DNA from: Podarcis tiliguerta
Lineage: Eukaryota
DNA: 64,000 nucleotides
Strand: one strand, 5' to 3'
Assembly: GCA_965153285.1 (NCBI GenBank)
Contig: OZ229115.1
The stretch's first letter is position 1. Each line of letters begins with the position of its first letter. The notes beneath the pieces are model-generated. The model had not been told where the DNA came from, did no database searches, and saw nothing but the letters and a program-made list of their open reading frames with translations. Below, in pieces: positions 49,451 through 63,218 of the stretch. Position numbers and translations under genes: made by a program.

Positions 49451-52400
49451 ATGTCGGTGATTGTGGCGCAAGCCCTCCACATCTTTGGCTTCCAGTCCCG
49501 GGTAGCAAATAATATTTGCTTCTTCGATGAACAGATCATAGTGTACCCTGCGGGGAATAGCTGTGTGAAATATCACATTGAGCAGAAATGGCAGAAGTTC
49601 ATCCCAGGTAAATCAGCTTCCTCCTCTTCCTCCCCCCACCCCGTTCTCCCATGTCTCCTCACTGCCAAGGCTGAATTTAGGAAAGGAAGCGGGAAGGTGC
49701 AGCTACCCACCTAAAATATCAGTCTTCTAAATAGGCAAGGCCTCGTCTGCATTCCTAGCTGTTGACCCTTCCCTTTCAGATTTTAGACATGATACTTGTG
49801 CTATTTCTTACTAATAAAGTAGCCACCTGGGTTTAAATAGTTGCAGTGTTAGAGATTCAGGCTCGGAACCCACATATCACATTAAAGTTGGAAAGCATGG
49901 TTGAAGCTGGTAGAAAACTCAGTTTACACTGCCTCATGGTTTCCAAAAAATAATTACAGTATTTGTTTTTATGTGCTTTCACAAGAATGTCGTTTACAGA
50001 TCTGACACTTGGTTGCAAAGTGGCTTCTGCCAATTGTTATGTTCTGTCTAGATTTAGGTGAAAGATAAACATTTTCGCTTCTTGCTTATGCTGTTTTAAA
50101 ATGCAGCTTCGCATTAGGTGTATATTTTAGAGATGGTTACATTCAAGCATTGCTGAACAATTCAACTGAGTATCTTTGGAATGTTTTTGTATAAACTGCT
50201 TAGATATTTATTCTATTAAGTGGTATTAAAATGTCATAAATAAACACAACAGATGTTCAGGAAACTATGGTTTAGCATCATGTGAATGAACCTGAGTGAG
50301 ATTGTTAAGCAGAGGTTGAATGGCCACCTGTCATGTGATTCCTGCATTGCAGGCGGTTGGACTAGATGACCCTTGAGGTTCCTTCCAACTCTATGATTCT
50401 GTGATTCCATGGGCCTTGCTCTTGCATACTTCTCTCTTCTTTAAGGTGGCTGTGTTGAGGAGATTGGAAGCGCTAGCCTATGTTACCAGTTACCTGACAT
50501 TTAATTATTGTTTATTGAAACAAGCCAAATTTGTAAACCAATGTTTGAAGCTTGGCTTGTTTTAGTAAAGGAGCAAAGTGACTACAATCCCATCTCTGAG
50601 AACCTGCATGGTCACACATTCATGCTAATACATAGATTCAACTATTCTAATACATAGTTTGGCTTAATGTTATGTGTGAACTGAGCCAATGTCTCTACAA
50701 CAAGGAAATTATTGGGATTTCAGTTTCCTGGATTATCATCTCTATAACTGTTTAATCTCAGTAATATGTAGTTATTTCCTGAAGTCTTTGAAAAAAGTTA
50801 AAGCCCACATGGGCAACCTTGATATTGGACTTGGCTCCTGAAAATGTAATGTTCCTACATGAAGCTCACATAAACTTTTTCTCTGTGCTTTATAGGCTCA
50901 GAAAAGAGCCAAGGGATGCTAGCCCTGGCAATTAGTCCAAATCGACGCTATCTGGCTATTTCAGAGATACTGCAGGATAAACCTACCATCACAATCTATG
51001 AACTGTCATCTGTCCCATGCAAGAAGCGGAAGATCTTGAACAGTTTTGATTTTGCGGTCCAAGAATTTATTAGTGTAGCTTTTTCCCCTGATTCCAAATA
51101 TCTAGTGGCACAGACAGGACCTCCAGAATCAAACCTTGCCTACTGGATGTGGGAAAAGCAAAGAACAATGGCAATTATCAAGGTTGATGTCCAGAACAAT
51201 CCTCTTTATCAGGTAACATAGAAGAGAAGCACCACATGCATCAGTCTAGTATTTGGGTACATGAGGTAATTATCACCACTTGTCATTGCCTCAAAGAGAA
51301 AGGCTCTGCCTCCACCATTGGAGACCTCAGTGAGAAAAGTTGCCATATGGAGATAAACTCAGTGTGAAATCTCAGATCTTCTGTTCACATTCACACATTT
51401 ACATATACGTCTGAGACACAGAACTTGCATGATTGAATGGGTATATAAGCATTGCAGCTCCGCAATTATACTTTTGTCTTTTTCTTGACCCTGGTGGTTA
51501 GGGTGTATGGAGTGTTAGGGGAGGGGTAGTACTTCTGGTGGGGAACATATTGTGCTCCTTCTGAGGTAGTTTGTCTACCTTTGGTCCCCACCCTGTCACC
51601 TCTGGCTCCTAGAAGCTGTCAGCATGTGATAGCAGCCACGCCCTGGGAAATGTCTTCAACTGGCTGGCTAAACCAGGTGATGGGTCTCAAAAGTTTGGTC
51701 AGGGAGGAGCTTCCTCTGTATGTGAAGACAGGTTAGAGCAGATGAGACCAATAGTGGGTCCTACAGTCAAGAAGGTGTTTTCTGCACATGCTGTAGAGGG
51801 AAATGAGGGGCAGATGGGGTTTGTCAACCTGGGAAAGTAGCCCATCTAGGAGATCTTAAACCTCTGCTGCCTTTTGGGTGGTATCTTTGGGTGAAGAAAA
51901 GGCTAAGGAGTGAACCCTACACAAATCCAGGGTGGAGTCTCTAAGATGGTTGTATGGCACTTTGTGCTTCTCATTCTGGCAACTCCTTCAGCCAGGCTGG
52001 TGCCAAACGTATTGCTCTGCTTTCCTTTGAACCACATCAGTAAGACCAAGAAGGGGATCTTGTTTGGGCAGCGTAGGACCTCCATACACACTGTCCAGGC
52101 TTGTGGCCTGGGGAGGTCACTTCGGTGCTGTTAACACAGCAGTTTGACTTCACCCCTGGAGGCGCACTCCATTTTCTCTTGTCTCAACAAGTGGTTGAGA
52201 ATTGTACTGCAGTGTAACATCCTTATTTATTTCACAAACTGTGTGTCCTAAACGTGGCTCCTAGCTAGAGTCAAGTTTCTTATTTAGGTTGCTTAGGCAG
52301 AACTGTGCAGTTACAAAGAAGGGCGGGACAAATTCCCTACTCTACTCCTTGTTGTATCATGGAGGCCTTTTTTCTGAAGTATTATGTTTAAATATTTATG

Positions 52401-55400
52401 ATTTTTGTTCCTGTTTGTTTCCTTTATTTTTACACATTTTATATTGTAACACTCTGGTGACCTTTGCTCTTAATTTTTTTAATCAATTGTTCATGTTGCT
52501 CATCAAGTAATCATTTATTTTATGTTGTTTTCCTTTCCAGGTGAGCTTCAATCCACAGGATAACACCCAAGTCTGTGTTACAGGATATGGCATTTTTAAG
52601 CTATTTAGATACACAGAAGGAACCTTAAAACAGACCAACTTCTTGCGAGGGGAACCTCAAAACTACTTGTCTCATGCCTGGCTTTCGGAAGAGAAGGTGG
52701 TTGTGGGCACTGACACAGGCAAGATCTACCTATTTGACTCCGGTGATCTTCGCTGGGAGACAAGTATTGAGCGCAAAGAGATAGTCTCTGAAGTAGATAA
52801 GGAGGAACCACAACAGGATTCAGAGAGGTGAGACTGCCTTCAAACTATTGACACTGGAGTGGTCAATGTGCTCCAGCAGATAATGTGTTTTACTATGATC
52901 TACAAATGGTATCATGGTCATGACTGTATTGCCTCTCTGAGAAAGGTTATTGCCTCTGAGGCAGCCCTCAGGCTTGAAAAGGTTGTCCACCCATTTTATA
53001 CACACTTTCCAGAATGTGAGTCCCATTGAACGCAGTGGGACTTAACTTCTGCATAGACATGCACAGAATTGTACCGTTTGTCCCACTGTCATATGGGACT
53101 AATCATGATCTGCCACACTTGTTGGAGGATGAATAACTGAAATTTATAAGATATTGTTTAAAAGCTTGTGTAAAGTGCTAATTAAATTCAAGAAGCATGC
53201 TTAGGATTGGAGTGTTAGGCTTTATATACATTACTGGCTTAAAACGCAGCAAGGTCGTTGCCCCTCTGCTGCATGTTGAATTGCATAGGCATGCCCTTGT
53301 ACACCTCAGTACTGTTGGATATGTTTCCAAGTCACATGCCGTCTGCCCACATCAGTTGGCAGAGGGGGGCATGGTGCATTCATGGGTGCATTCAATCCAG
53401 ATTGACACTGGTTCGAGGCAAGAAACATCAAAACACATTATTTCACAAACAACTACAGGACAGATGTGGATTGTGGCTAACATTGCATGGACATGGCTTC
53501 AGAAACCAGTAGTGAGAGTGCACTGAATGCAGAGTAAATGTGAGTGTGTGCACAGCTTTAGTATCTTCCCTAAACCCTTCAGTATGCTGACTTCGAAATG
53601 TTATACCAAGTTCAATGAGACTTATGCCCTAATATATGTGTACAAAATTTCAAATAGGGGAAACTTTATGTTGATACTAGGACTATGTGGTGTCTCTGAA
53701 ATGAAAAAAACAAGTTTAAAATGAACAACAATCATTTTTTACGCCTCATGCAACTGACATTTGGAACTTGTTAGACTTCTCTGTTTGCTGCTGATTGATT
53801 GATGAATTTCTTTTTAAAGCCTTATTGAGTTTCCTGCTCACAATTCCCCTGAGATTTCCACCGAGGTGGTTTGTGAAACTGAAGCACAGCAGCAAGCATT
53901 TCTACCTCGGGTCTCTGCTATTGCTGCATATTCCAAGGGATTTGCTTGTTCAGCTGGTCCCGGGATTGTTCTACTGTTTGAAAAGTCAGATGAGAAGGAA
54001 GGTTACAGAGAAAGCCGAGAGATACGGGTAGGTAAGATGTCTGAGACATGGAATGCTTGATTTATCGCATAGCTCACCACCAATATAAATGTTGGAGGCA
54101 AAAGGAGGAGATTCAGCAGAACTAGAACCCGCACTGCGCCAGACACCACTCAACCCCAGCCGCAGGTAGGAGACAAACACATGATGAGGCATTTGCTGAT
54201 CCCCAACCAACAGACCCAGCCATATCAATGAGATCCAAGGTGGCTAAATGACAAACCCTACCCTGTGGTGCATCACAAGTCTTGCATACAGGAGGTCTCA
54301 GGTTCAGGCTTTCGATATGATATTGTGAGGACTGCTGGAGAAAGTCCTCACACACCTACAGGTGCCAAAGCCAATCAGGGGAAGCATTCACATTCCAGTT
54401 GGCTGCTCTCACACACCCAGGTTGCTGTTTGCATCTTGCAGCCACTATCATCCCACCTTGCTGTACTTGTTCCCTGCTCTGCTTGTTTAATTGATTGCCA
54501 GTCCTGCAGGTTATTGCTGCAGCAGACCTTGTTATCTGCCCACCCTATGCCGTCTGAATTATCATTGTAGCAGTAGTGAGCTTGTGAGCTGCATGGAGCA
54601 TGCCCCTACCCTTCACTGGAGCTCATAGATGGAAGAGAATGTTGCTGAGTCATAGTAGCAAAAATGGAGTACATGGTTCCAGCTAAACAGCCCATTCTCC
54701 ATCACCAGCTCCAGCCCCCTCCACCCTACAGAGGGTTCTGACGAGCTAAGAAAGAGCCTTGAATAAGAGACTGTGTTGACTGTAATCTTCATTAGCCCTT
54801 ATGAATCATGGGGTGGGGACATCCTTGCAGCAGCTGCAGTGATGAGATCATCAGGATGACGCTAGGTGGCAGCAGTGAGGTTGGGAGAGCTCCATGGTGG
54901 AAATACCCTTGTAGGTGTATACCTATCTGCAGGGCCAATGGCACCAACCCAATGCTTCCCCAACCTCACCACCACCACTTCATCCTGCTGCTGCTGGGAG
55001 GACATCACTGGCCCACTATTTCTTCTGCTCCACTGCCCAGGCTGATGGTGAGAGCTGTTCAGCAGTGGAACAGACCCCCACAAGAGGTCTCCTTCCTTGG
55101 ACGTTTTTAAGCAGGGGTTGGATGGCCATCTGTCATGGATGCTTTAGCAGAGATTCTTGCATTGCAGGGGGTTGGACTAGATGACCCTTTGGTCTCTTCC
55201 AACTCTCAGATTCTATGATCCCTCAAAACACAAGGGCTGAAGAGTTTTTGACAATGTAGGGTAGGGGTGGATATTATGTTCAGTTCAAAATTTTCTTTTG
55301 TATCCCCTATTTTACCAGCATAACATTGTGAACATAGGGGTCAGAATTGAGGTTAAGGCAATTTAGGTTATGGACTAAACCCTCTCTGCCCTGGAACTGC

Positions 55401-58400
55401 CCATTTTTGGTCCATGTGCCATTTTGGCTCTGTGCTTTTAAAGGTGAAAATCTTTATAAAGGTAATCTTGCTGCCATTGTTTATGGAATATTATCTATTA
55501 CTTTGCTGCAAAACTGGACTAGAAAGTATGTATCTAGGAAAGTGGTTAACTAAGCTGCTTTATTTCATAGATTCCACAAGACCAGTGCAGCAATGATCCA
55601 AACCAGTCGGACAAACAGGATGTTGTGTGTATTGCCTTCAGTCCTGCAGAGGAAACACTTCTGATCAGCACAACTAAGAATCAGCTCTATCTCCTCTCCA
55701 TATCAGCAGCTGAGATAAGCAAGGTGAGTTCATTAAGAGCACTGTGTTCTGAGCAACGACTCGGAAATGTGGTGTTCAAAGTAATTTTATATTCTTGTGC
55801 TGCAAAGAACAGAATGAAAACAAGAAACTAAGATATTCTGGTAATATGATTGCACCAAATCAATTACTCAGCAACCCTAAAAAAAAGTGTTGAAAGGAGA
55901 ACCAGCAACATAAAGAATACTCTCAATTGCACAGTTCCTTCACCGGTCATGATATCACCACTGAATAACTCCTATAGCAACTTCACATTGAAAGCACCAA
56001 TAACCATTCAGCAATATCATGACCACACAACTCACGGCACTTAGGCCTTTCATTGGTATCTCCATCCGGACCATAGCCAGTATCAATTTATGGATATAGA
56101 GAGTGGCAGCCTTTCCTGTTGCAACCTCCTTTGCCCTGGTGCATAGACATGTTGGTGTAATTGTCATCAAAACAATTCAAAATGTCATGTTCTCCTGCGA
56201 GACAGCAAGGACACATTTCAGCTATCTGAAATACCTCTTGCGGAAAATCTCCCCAAGATTTGAAAGGTCTGTTCTCCAGTCAAATTTCCAGTAGTGGCTG
56301 TTTCTGTTTGGACCTCTTCAGAGTACTTTTCTATAGTCACTGGTGTACTTCTCTACAAATGCCCTATTTGTCACTAGACTTTCCAGTGCTTTGATAAATT
56401 TAGTTCATATCAAATGCCTCCTTTTTGCTATGGAGAGAAGTTCAGTGTTGCCTGGTGTTACATCATCACATGAGCAGCTCTAGCTAACATGTTTGTGATA
56501 TTTCACTAGGGGGAGACAGCTCACTTTGAATACCTGAACCACCCAATACATTCTGCTTCCATTACTGGCTTGGATACCTGCATTCGCAAGCCCCTCGTTG
56601 CTACCTGTTCACTGGACAAATCTGTCCGCATCTGGAATTATGAAAACAAGTAAGGGGACATGATTTGTTGCACAGCCTTTTGATTTGTACTCGGACTATG
56701 AATTGTACTCAGACCATGAGTGAGTGGCAATTCACTACAGAGCCCCAGGCAATCATCAGGGCAAGTGTCAGTCCTATTCTGATAAAAATAAACTGCTTAT
56801 ATTTACTCAGAGAAAAAAATAATATTAAGAGATGGTGGTTGCTCTAGAAATCAGTTGATAGGCAAGGTTCAGATACATAATTGTACTTCTTCATGGGACT
56901 CCTGTGTATGTAACAGAAACATAACCCTAGTTCTAAATCCAGAAAAATCCATTAAAAATCTGGAGCTATCAAAATTAGAAAGCCTATTTCTTTTATCAAC
57001 TTTAGGTTTAAAAAAATGGCAATTTTTTTGTTAGTTCTGGTTATACAAATTGATTCTCATGTGATGCTGAATTAATTTGGTTGCCTGACAGTATGAACTG
57101 CCTGTCATGTGAAAAATTATTTTTGCTGCCCTGATGTATGCATTGAAAGGGACTGGTATATGTATGACGCTGTCAAGTTGTCTTTGTTCCCCTTTGTTCA
57201 CTGTTCCCCAGCATTTGACCTTCTTGGGGGAACTGTGACAAAAAATAGCACTAGGTACAACTTAGTTGCACAGAAGCGTGGTCTGTGCTTTGATTGCCAT
57301 GGTTGCTCTTGCTGCAGCACACTGGACCTGTACAAGGAATACCAAGAAGAGGCATATGCACTTTCCCTTCACCCTAGTGGGCTGTATGTGTTGGTTGGTT
57401 TTGCTGACAAACTCCGACTTATGAATCTGCTTATTGATGACATCCGAACTTTCAAGGACTTCACTGTACGAGGGTGCAGAGAGGTGAGCAGTGCAGGGAA
57501 GGAACTGGTGGAGGAGCTTGAATGGGGAACACCAGATTGGGAGGTGGCACAGGCATTTTATGACTAGTAAGTTGTGTTACCACGTTTACTTGGAACAGGT
57601 CTCTCCCTACACATCGACAGACTATTTTTCTGTGTTCAGGAAATAACCCATACCAGAACACAATTTCTGGGGGAGATTTTGCTCAAATATGCTAGATGAA
57701 TTTCCCCACATTCTGCTGGAATACAGAGTAGGGTGTGATTCCAGAAGGGTGATTTCCAGGTACATACAAAAAGACTATTGCCTTCTTCCAATGGAATAAG
57801 GAGAGTCTTCGAGTTAGGTAGAGTTTAGGATACTTCTTATACAGACACCTGAAGTCTCAGGGTTCTCTGTTGCGAATCAATTAGGCTAGGATTTGAAGGA
57901 AGATTCAACATTTAAGCATTTCAGAAGGTCTTATGCCAGTATAGAGTGGTACCTCCAGTTACGAATGGGATCCATTCCGGAGGCCCGGCTGTATCCTGAA
58001 ATCTTTGTAGCCGGAGGCTACCTTCTGCACACGTGGCGCGATTGAGCGCTTCTGCACACACACGGTGTGCAGAGCACTTCTGCGCATGCACGCGCAGCGA
58101 AACCTGGAAGTATACATTTCCGGGTTTGCCATGTTCGCAACCCTAAAGTTACGTTACCCAAAGGCATACGTCCACTGTATAGTGTGCGGACACTCCCTTT
58201 TCCATTTCAATAGAGTTCAGTGGGACCCTCAAGTAACTTTGTCCTAGTTTGGTAAGTCCTTAATAGCTCACTTTCCCAGACAAAATCTGGAGCCAAAGGA
58301 GGAGCACAAAATAGCAGAATACCACTCTCTGACAACAGATGCATCTGGTTGTGATGAAGGATGATTAGAGGCTGTTTTCTGCATGGCCTCCAAATTATGG

Positions 58401-61400
58401 ATATCTGGTACCTTCACAAAGAGGTTACCTATGTGAAGTCTCATTGCTTCATGCTGTCTCCTGCTTCTGTCTACAGTGTGCCTTCAGTACAGGAGGTCAT
58501 CTGTTTGCAGCAGTAAATGGAAATGTGATTCACATTTATTCTGCCATAAGTTTTGAAAACATCATTAACTTGAAAGGACACAATGGGAAGGTCAGTAAGT
58601 GATGCCTACAATACAAGTAAAATAGTACATTAAGCTGAATATATTTGAAATGCCAAAAGAACAGGATTTCTCAAGAAGCTGGTTTTGAGGCTCTGCTTAT
58701 GATTGAATTATTTTTTTTATTACAAAGGCACTAGAAACTAAAAATAGGAGTGAAGGATTAAAAATACTCCAAGGTGCTCCTGAGTATAGTTCTCTGGCAG
58801 TGCAGATATAATTTGGATCACTTTTTACAAACAGTGGAATCAGCTTTCTCCTCTGTTATGTGCAATAGCTTAGGTTAAAAGAAAGCCAGCATTTTTACAG
58901 TACTTTGTAATCCTATACACACATAGCTGGGAGTAAGTCCAACTGAACTCAGTGGGACTTAACTACTGATTTTAATAGGAATGTGCTTAAATTTCTCTTG
59001 CTGAAACAGTAGGGCTTAAAAGTACTTTTGTTTGTCTGGGCTCGGCTTATCAAGAAAACAGATATATTATTTAATGTTTGTTTACTGAATTGCCAACAAC
59101 CTGTTAGATGACTGTGGAGACGACATTCCCTCCTACCTCCCTTGCTGTAATTGGCCTCCCAAATATCAGTGCAAAAAAGACTTGAAATACCCTGAATTTA
59201 AGAACTTTGACCCAATGAATTTTAAGGAGCAAGTGGATTCCTCAGCCCTGCTTTGATGCCCTAGTGATCACAAATAGGTAAATTCCAAGCTTATGAAATG
59301 TCTTGAGATAGCTCCATAAGTTCCACCCATGATTACCTACAGCAGTTCAGTGCCCTCTTATCTCACCATTTTGTGCTTGTGAGTCCAATTTATAGTGAAA
59401 GAAGCTGAAGCTTTGCTAAGGAAAGCAAGGGAACTATCTGGGATGGAATGAGATAAGACTTATTAGCGATAAGGGAAAAGGTTAAACAGAATTAAGCAAG
59501 TTTGTAAACAGCCACTCTTATGTGATGAGAATTGCCTCCAGGCAACTAGGCAGATAATTTATTATAATTTGGGAGAGTTTCATAAATAATTTTATAATTG
59601 ACTCCAGTATTTATAAACATTTTTAAGTTACTACAATATACACGAGAGCAAGGTGAATGTGAAAATGAAGCGAATACCTGTTTAACTGAGTTATTAGAAA
59701 TATGTATGGGTTCAAAAACTACAGAGGATGTTTTTTGTTATTCACTTTTTATTGATTTGTCAAAAAAGGCATAGAACTTTGAGCAGGGGAGGACAAAACC
59801 TGAGGAGCTACAAGGACAGATGGTAATCTGCAGGCCTTTCCTTGCCACTGGCTATTAGCTATGATGTGTTTGGAGACCAAATGTGTGAGCTGTTATAACT
59901 CTGGATTCAGTTCATGAACATAATTCCTAACCCTCTTAGCCTGACCTGCTGGATTATAATGGGAATCTTTATCTTAACTGCTTACAGGTAAACTGTGAGC
60001 ACAAAGGACACAGGGTAAAAAGGGGCTGTGTACTGTGAGTCTCTTATGTAAAAGGTTTGATGCAATGACACCAGGTAAACAGGCAGAGTACCAAGCAGCA
60101 ACCTGTCTCTTGTGCCTAAGTAAGGATTCCCTGAGCATTCTATATATATATTCTCACTCGTCCCTCCAGGTACGCGCAGTGGCGTGGAGCATGGATGACT
60201 ATAAACTGGTCTCCTGTGGCACAGATGGGGCAGTATATGAATGGAACCTCCAGAATGGCAAGAGAGAATCCGAGTGTGTGCTCAAGTCCTGCAGCTACAA
60301 TGGAGTGGCAATATCACCCGATGCAAAAGTCATATTTGCTGTCGGATCTGATCATAGCATCAAGGAGATCTGTGATTCTGCGGTGAGCCCATGTGCAGAC
60401 ACTTATGGAGCTGATCAAAGTGAAGCAAACAATGCAGAAGAAAGTGAAGCTCAGTGAACCCAGTGCTGTAGCCAGTGGCAGAGCTTCATACTCCGGCAAC
60501 AGGGGGCGGAGAGCAGGCGGGGGCAGGGCACACCGCCTGCAGGGGCGGGGTGCCCAGCTGGGGCAGGGGGGGCAGCCGCAATGGCACCCTACTGGGATTG
60601 CACTGCCGGGGGCGGTGCACTCCCCCCGCACTCCTCTTCCTCCGCCAGTAGCTGTGGCTTGCAGTCCCATCCCCCCCTCCAGCTTTTAACACCAGTGGTT
60701 GCCTATGCCATGTAGTGACAGTTGTGTTCATAGTTTCCTTCTTCTTCTCTATAAGAGTATAGCCATCTATGGCATCTATACCTTGCCTTGGTTGCCAAAA
60801 ATTGTGGGTTTCTTCCCAGTTATGAAGTTGAGAGGGAAATCCATGACTCTTGAGGCGTTGAGAGGATAACAGGACATTCACAGTGGAGAGAACGAATGAT
60901 GGATTTGTGTACCCTCTGCCACTTTCCAGTGCAAATTTAATCCTTGCTGAGTGACTTGCTAAAAGCATGGTGGGTGTCCTTTCTTTCAGATACTGCGAGA
61001 AGTACCCACTTTTGAAGTTGCCTACACTTTCATAGTGGTATCTCATTCTGGACGCATGGTGTTCGCCGGAACCTCTGCAGGGACCATTCGGTCCATGAAA
61101 TACCCACTACCTGTGCACAAGGAATACAATGAATACCAAGCCCATGCTGGTCCAGTCACCAAGGTAAAGGCCAAGTCAGTCTCCAGGTCAACTTAATTGC
61201 CATAGCCTTTATTTATCCCTTCTTTTTCTGAGTCTGCAGCAACAAATAATGAAAGGAGGCACACCTTATATCATGCAATGAGCCACAAATGGGCATATCT
61301 AAATATGATATATTTATTGTGTATCAAAGTAGCTTAATAAGAATGACAATAGACAACAGAGTCTCTAATCACAGTAATGGGGAAAATAATGAGAATGAGT

Positions 61401-63218
61401 TCTATCTAAACAGTACACCCATCAGCCTCATTCTCTTCCAAGCTGAGTGTATGTAGCTGGGAGAGTGTAGGGGAAATCTCTCTGGGATGCTAACTTCTCA
61501 GACACTGGAGTGCAACATTTACAACATTGTTGCTGTACAGTACTATTTTTTAAATGTTATTTCATCCAGAAGGCTTGTTTATCACTTATACTTTCACCAT
61601 AGGTTCCAGTAATGTTGAGAGCAAGGGTGTGAGGGTGACTGTGCTTCTTGGTGTCATGTTTAAAATCAGTCTACTACTGTGCCTCATTAAAAAGATAAGA
61701 CTGAGATTGATAATGAGAGCGAATGGAAAAGCCACTGAAAACAAGGACAAGTTGTTAATTAAATGGATTCTGAGGAATGGACACCAGCCTGACAAATGGC
61801 AAGGGGAATGCTTGGAGCATAATGGGGAAAGTGGAGAAGAAGAGAAGAGATATCACTAGAGGCAAAGAGATGGATATATTTTAAAAATAATTGATCCTTA
61901 TTAATCCAACCGGAGCATCTTCTTCTGATTCTGCCAACTGCCCTTTCTTTTCTCTGACTCTCCAATTGTGTTTTACTGGAGTTCAGTATGCCTTTTTCTC
62001 TCTCCACAGATGTCCATAACAGCTGATGATCAGTTCCTACTAACATCTGCAGAGGATGGCTGTATATTTATCTGGAAAGTTTATGACAAAGAAGGGCGGG
62101 GGTTGAAAAGGGAGAGAGATGTGCCATACTCTGATGAAGTATTGATCACTAGAACAGACATGGAAGAGAAGGTCAGTATGGATGAGTTTTGAAGTGGGAA
62201 GAGAACACATCAGAAGTCTTTGTATCAACTAACCCAAATGTGCTTTATTTGTACCTACCCAGTACATATAATGGCCCTAGTAGAGAGGTGACAGCAGGTT
62301 TGAATTAGCCTTATAATACAAGAATCAAACATTGTACACTTAAAATGTAGCTCATGAGCTACATTGCTCCCTGTCCTGAAACCTACTTCACATGTTATAG
62401 GAAATGCATATATATATGGCCAGATATAATATATGCTGTCTTTATATATTATAGTTTTTCAGACAAACGTGAAAGGCAGGATTCACCTGGCACCCATCAG
62501 TGGAAGCCCTGTGCAAGGACTTTTGCTTGCGCAGTAGGGCTTCTTCCCCCACCTGCTTGAAATGGGCTTGGTGGGGGTTGGGAGAATAGCATTCAGGGGG
62601 AAGAGAGGGGGAATTGTTCTGCCTGGCATGCTAGAATGCTTGCACTAATGGGACGATTGAAGGCCACCATTTTGAATTCCACCTGAAATGCCTTCTGTGT
62701 ATCCATGACAAATTTAACATATGAAACAGCCCTAAAATATAGATCTGGCAAGATACTGTGTACAGTAGATTTTTATTTAATTTGCATATCTGAATGTTTT
62801 GCCACCAACTTCTTTTCTTATGATTCCTTACCCTGCAGACTCAGATAATGTTAGAACTAAAAACACGTGTAGAGGAACTGAAGATGGAAAATGAGTACCA
62901 GCTGCGCCTCAAGGACATGAATTATAATGAAAAGATTAAAGAACTAACTGAGAAATTCATCCAGGAAATGGAATCACTGAAAACCAAAAACCAGGTGAGG
63001 GTCAAACAATAACTACAACTCTCAGCATTATTGTGTCTTCTTTTTCCCATCATGCAGTCACCTGAGGGATTTGAAGGTTGGTATGCCTAGTTTCAGGTGT
63101 AATTCTCATCTCTATGTATTTCAGGTTTTGAAAGCAGATAAAGAAAAGCAGGAAGCACAACACCAAGAACAAGTTGCAGAACTAACAGAGAAGCAAGCAA
63201 GAGAGGTGCAAGACCTAG
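49451..63218 (+). CDS. CFAP57: Cilia- and flagella-associated protein 57 (WDR65), first 13 coding exons; gene continues beyond the window
   Basis: Exons 49451-49607, 50896-51212, 52541-52827, 53820-54027, 55571-55723, 56510-56649, 57318-57483, 58477-58590, 60170-60382, 60990-61163, 62010-62171, 62839-62994, 63125-63218, all phase-compatible. Starts [16 protein letters not shown]; WD40 repeats ([34 protein letters not shown]) are followed by the start of the coiled coil ([22 protein letters not shown]). Confidence 0.95.
50304..50411 (+). mobile_element. CR1 LINE 3' end (short)
   Basis: ttaagcagaggttg..ggttggactagatgaccc..ttccaactctatgattctgtgatt. Confidence 0.8.
51525..52190. mobile_element. 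Probable interspersed repeat (possibly an RTE-like 5' region)
   Basis: Composition shift inside a CFAP57 intron; the sequence resembles squamate retroposon leader regions; family not established. Confidence 0.3.
55048..55220 (+). mobile_element. CR1 LINE 3' end
   Basis: agagctgttcagcagtggaac..gggggttggactagatgacc..ttccaactc..ATTCTATGAT terminal repeat. Confidence 0.85.
57941..58179. mobile_element. Tc1/mariner-type MITE, related subfamily
   Basis: ta-gagtggtacctc..ttacgaa..ttccggagg ... tccactg-ta; degenerate TIRs related to 40320-40561. Confidence 0.6.
60465..60690. mobile_element. GC-rich interspersed element in a CFAP57 intron
   Basis: cagtggcagagct..ggggcg..cctactgggattgcactgccgggggcgg; explains the spurious GC-rich ORFs at 60314-61046. 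Confidence 0.45.
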
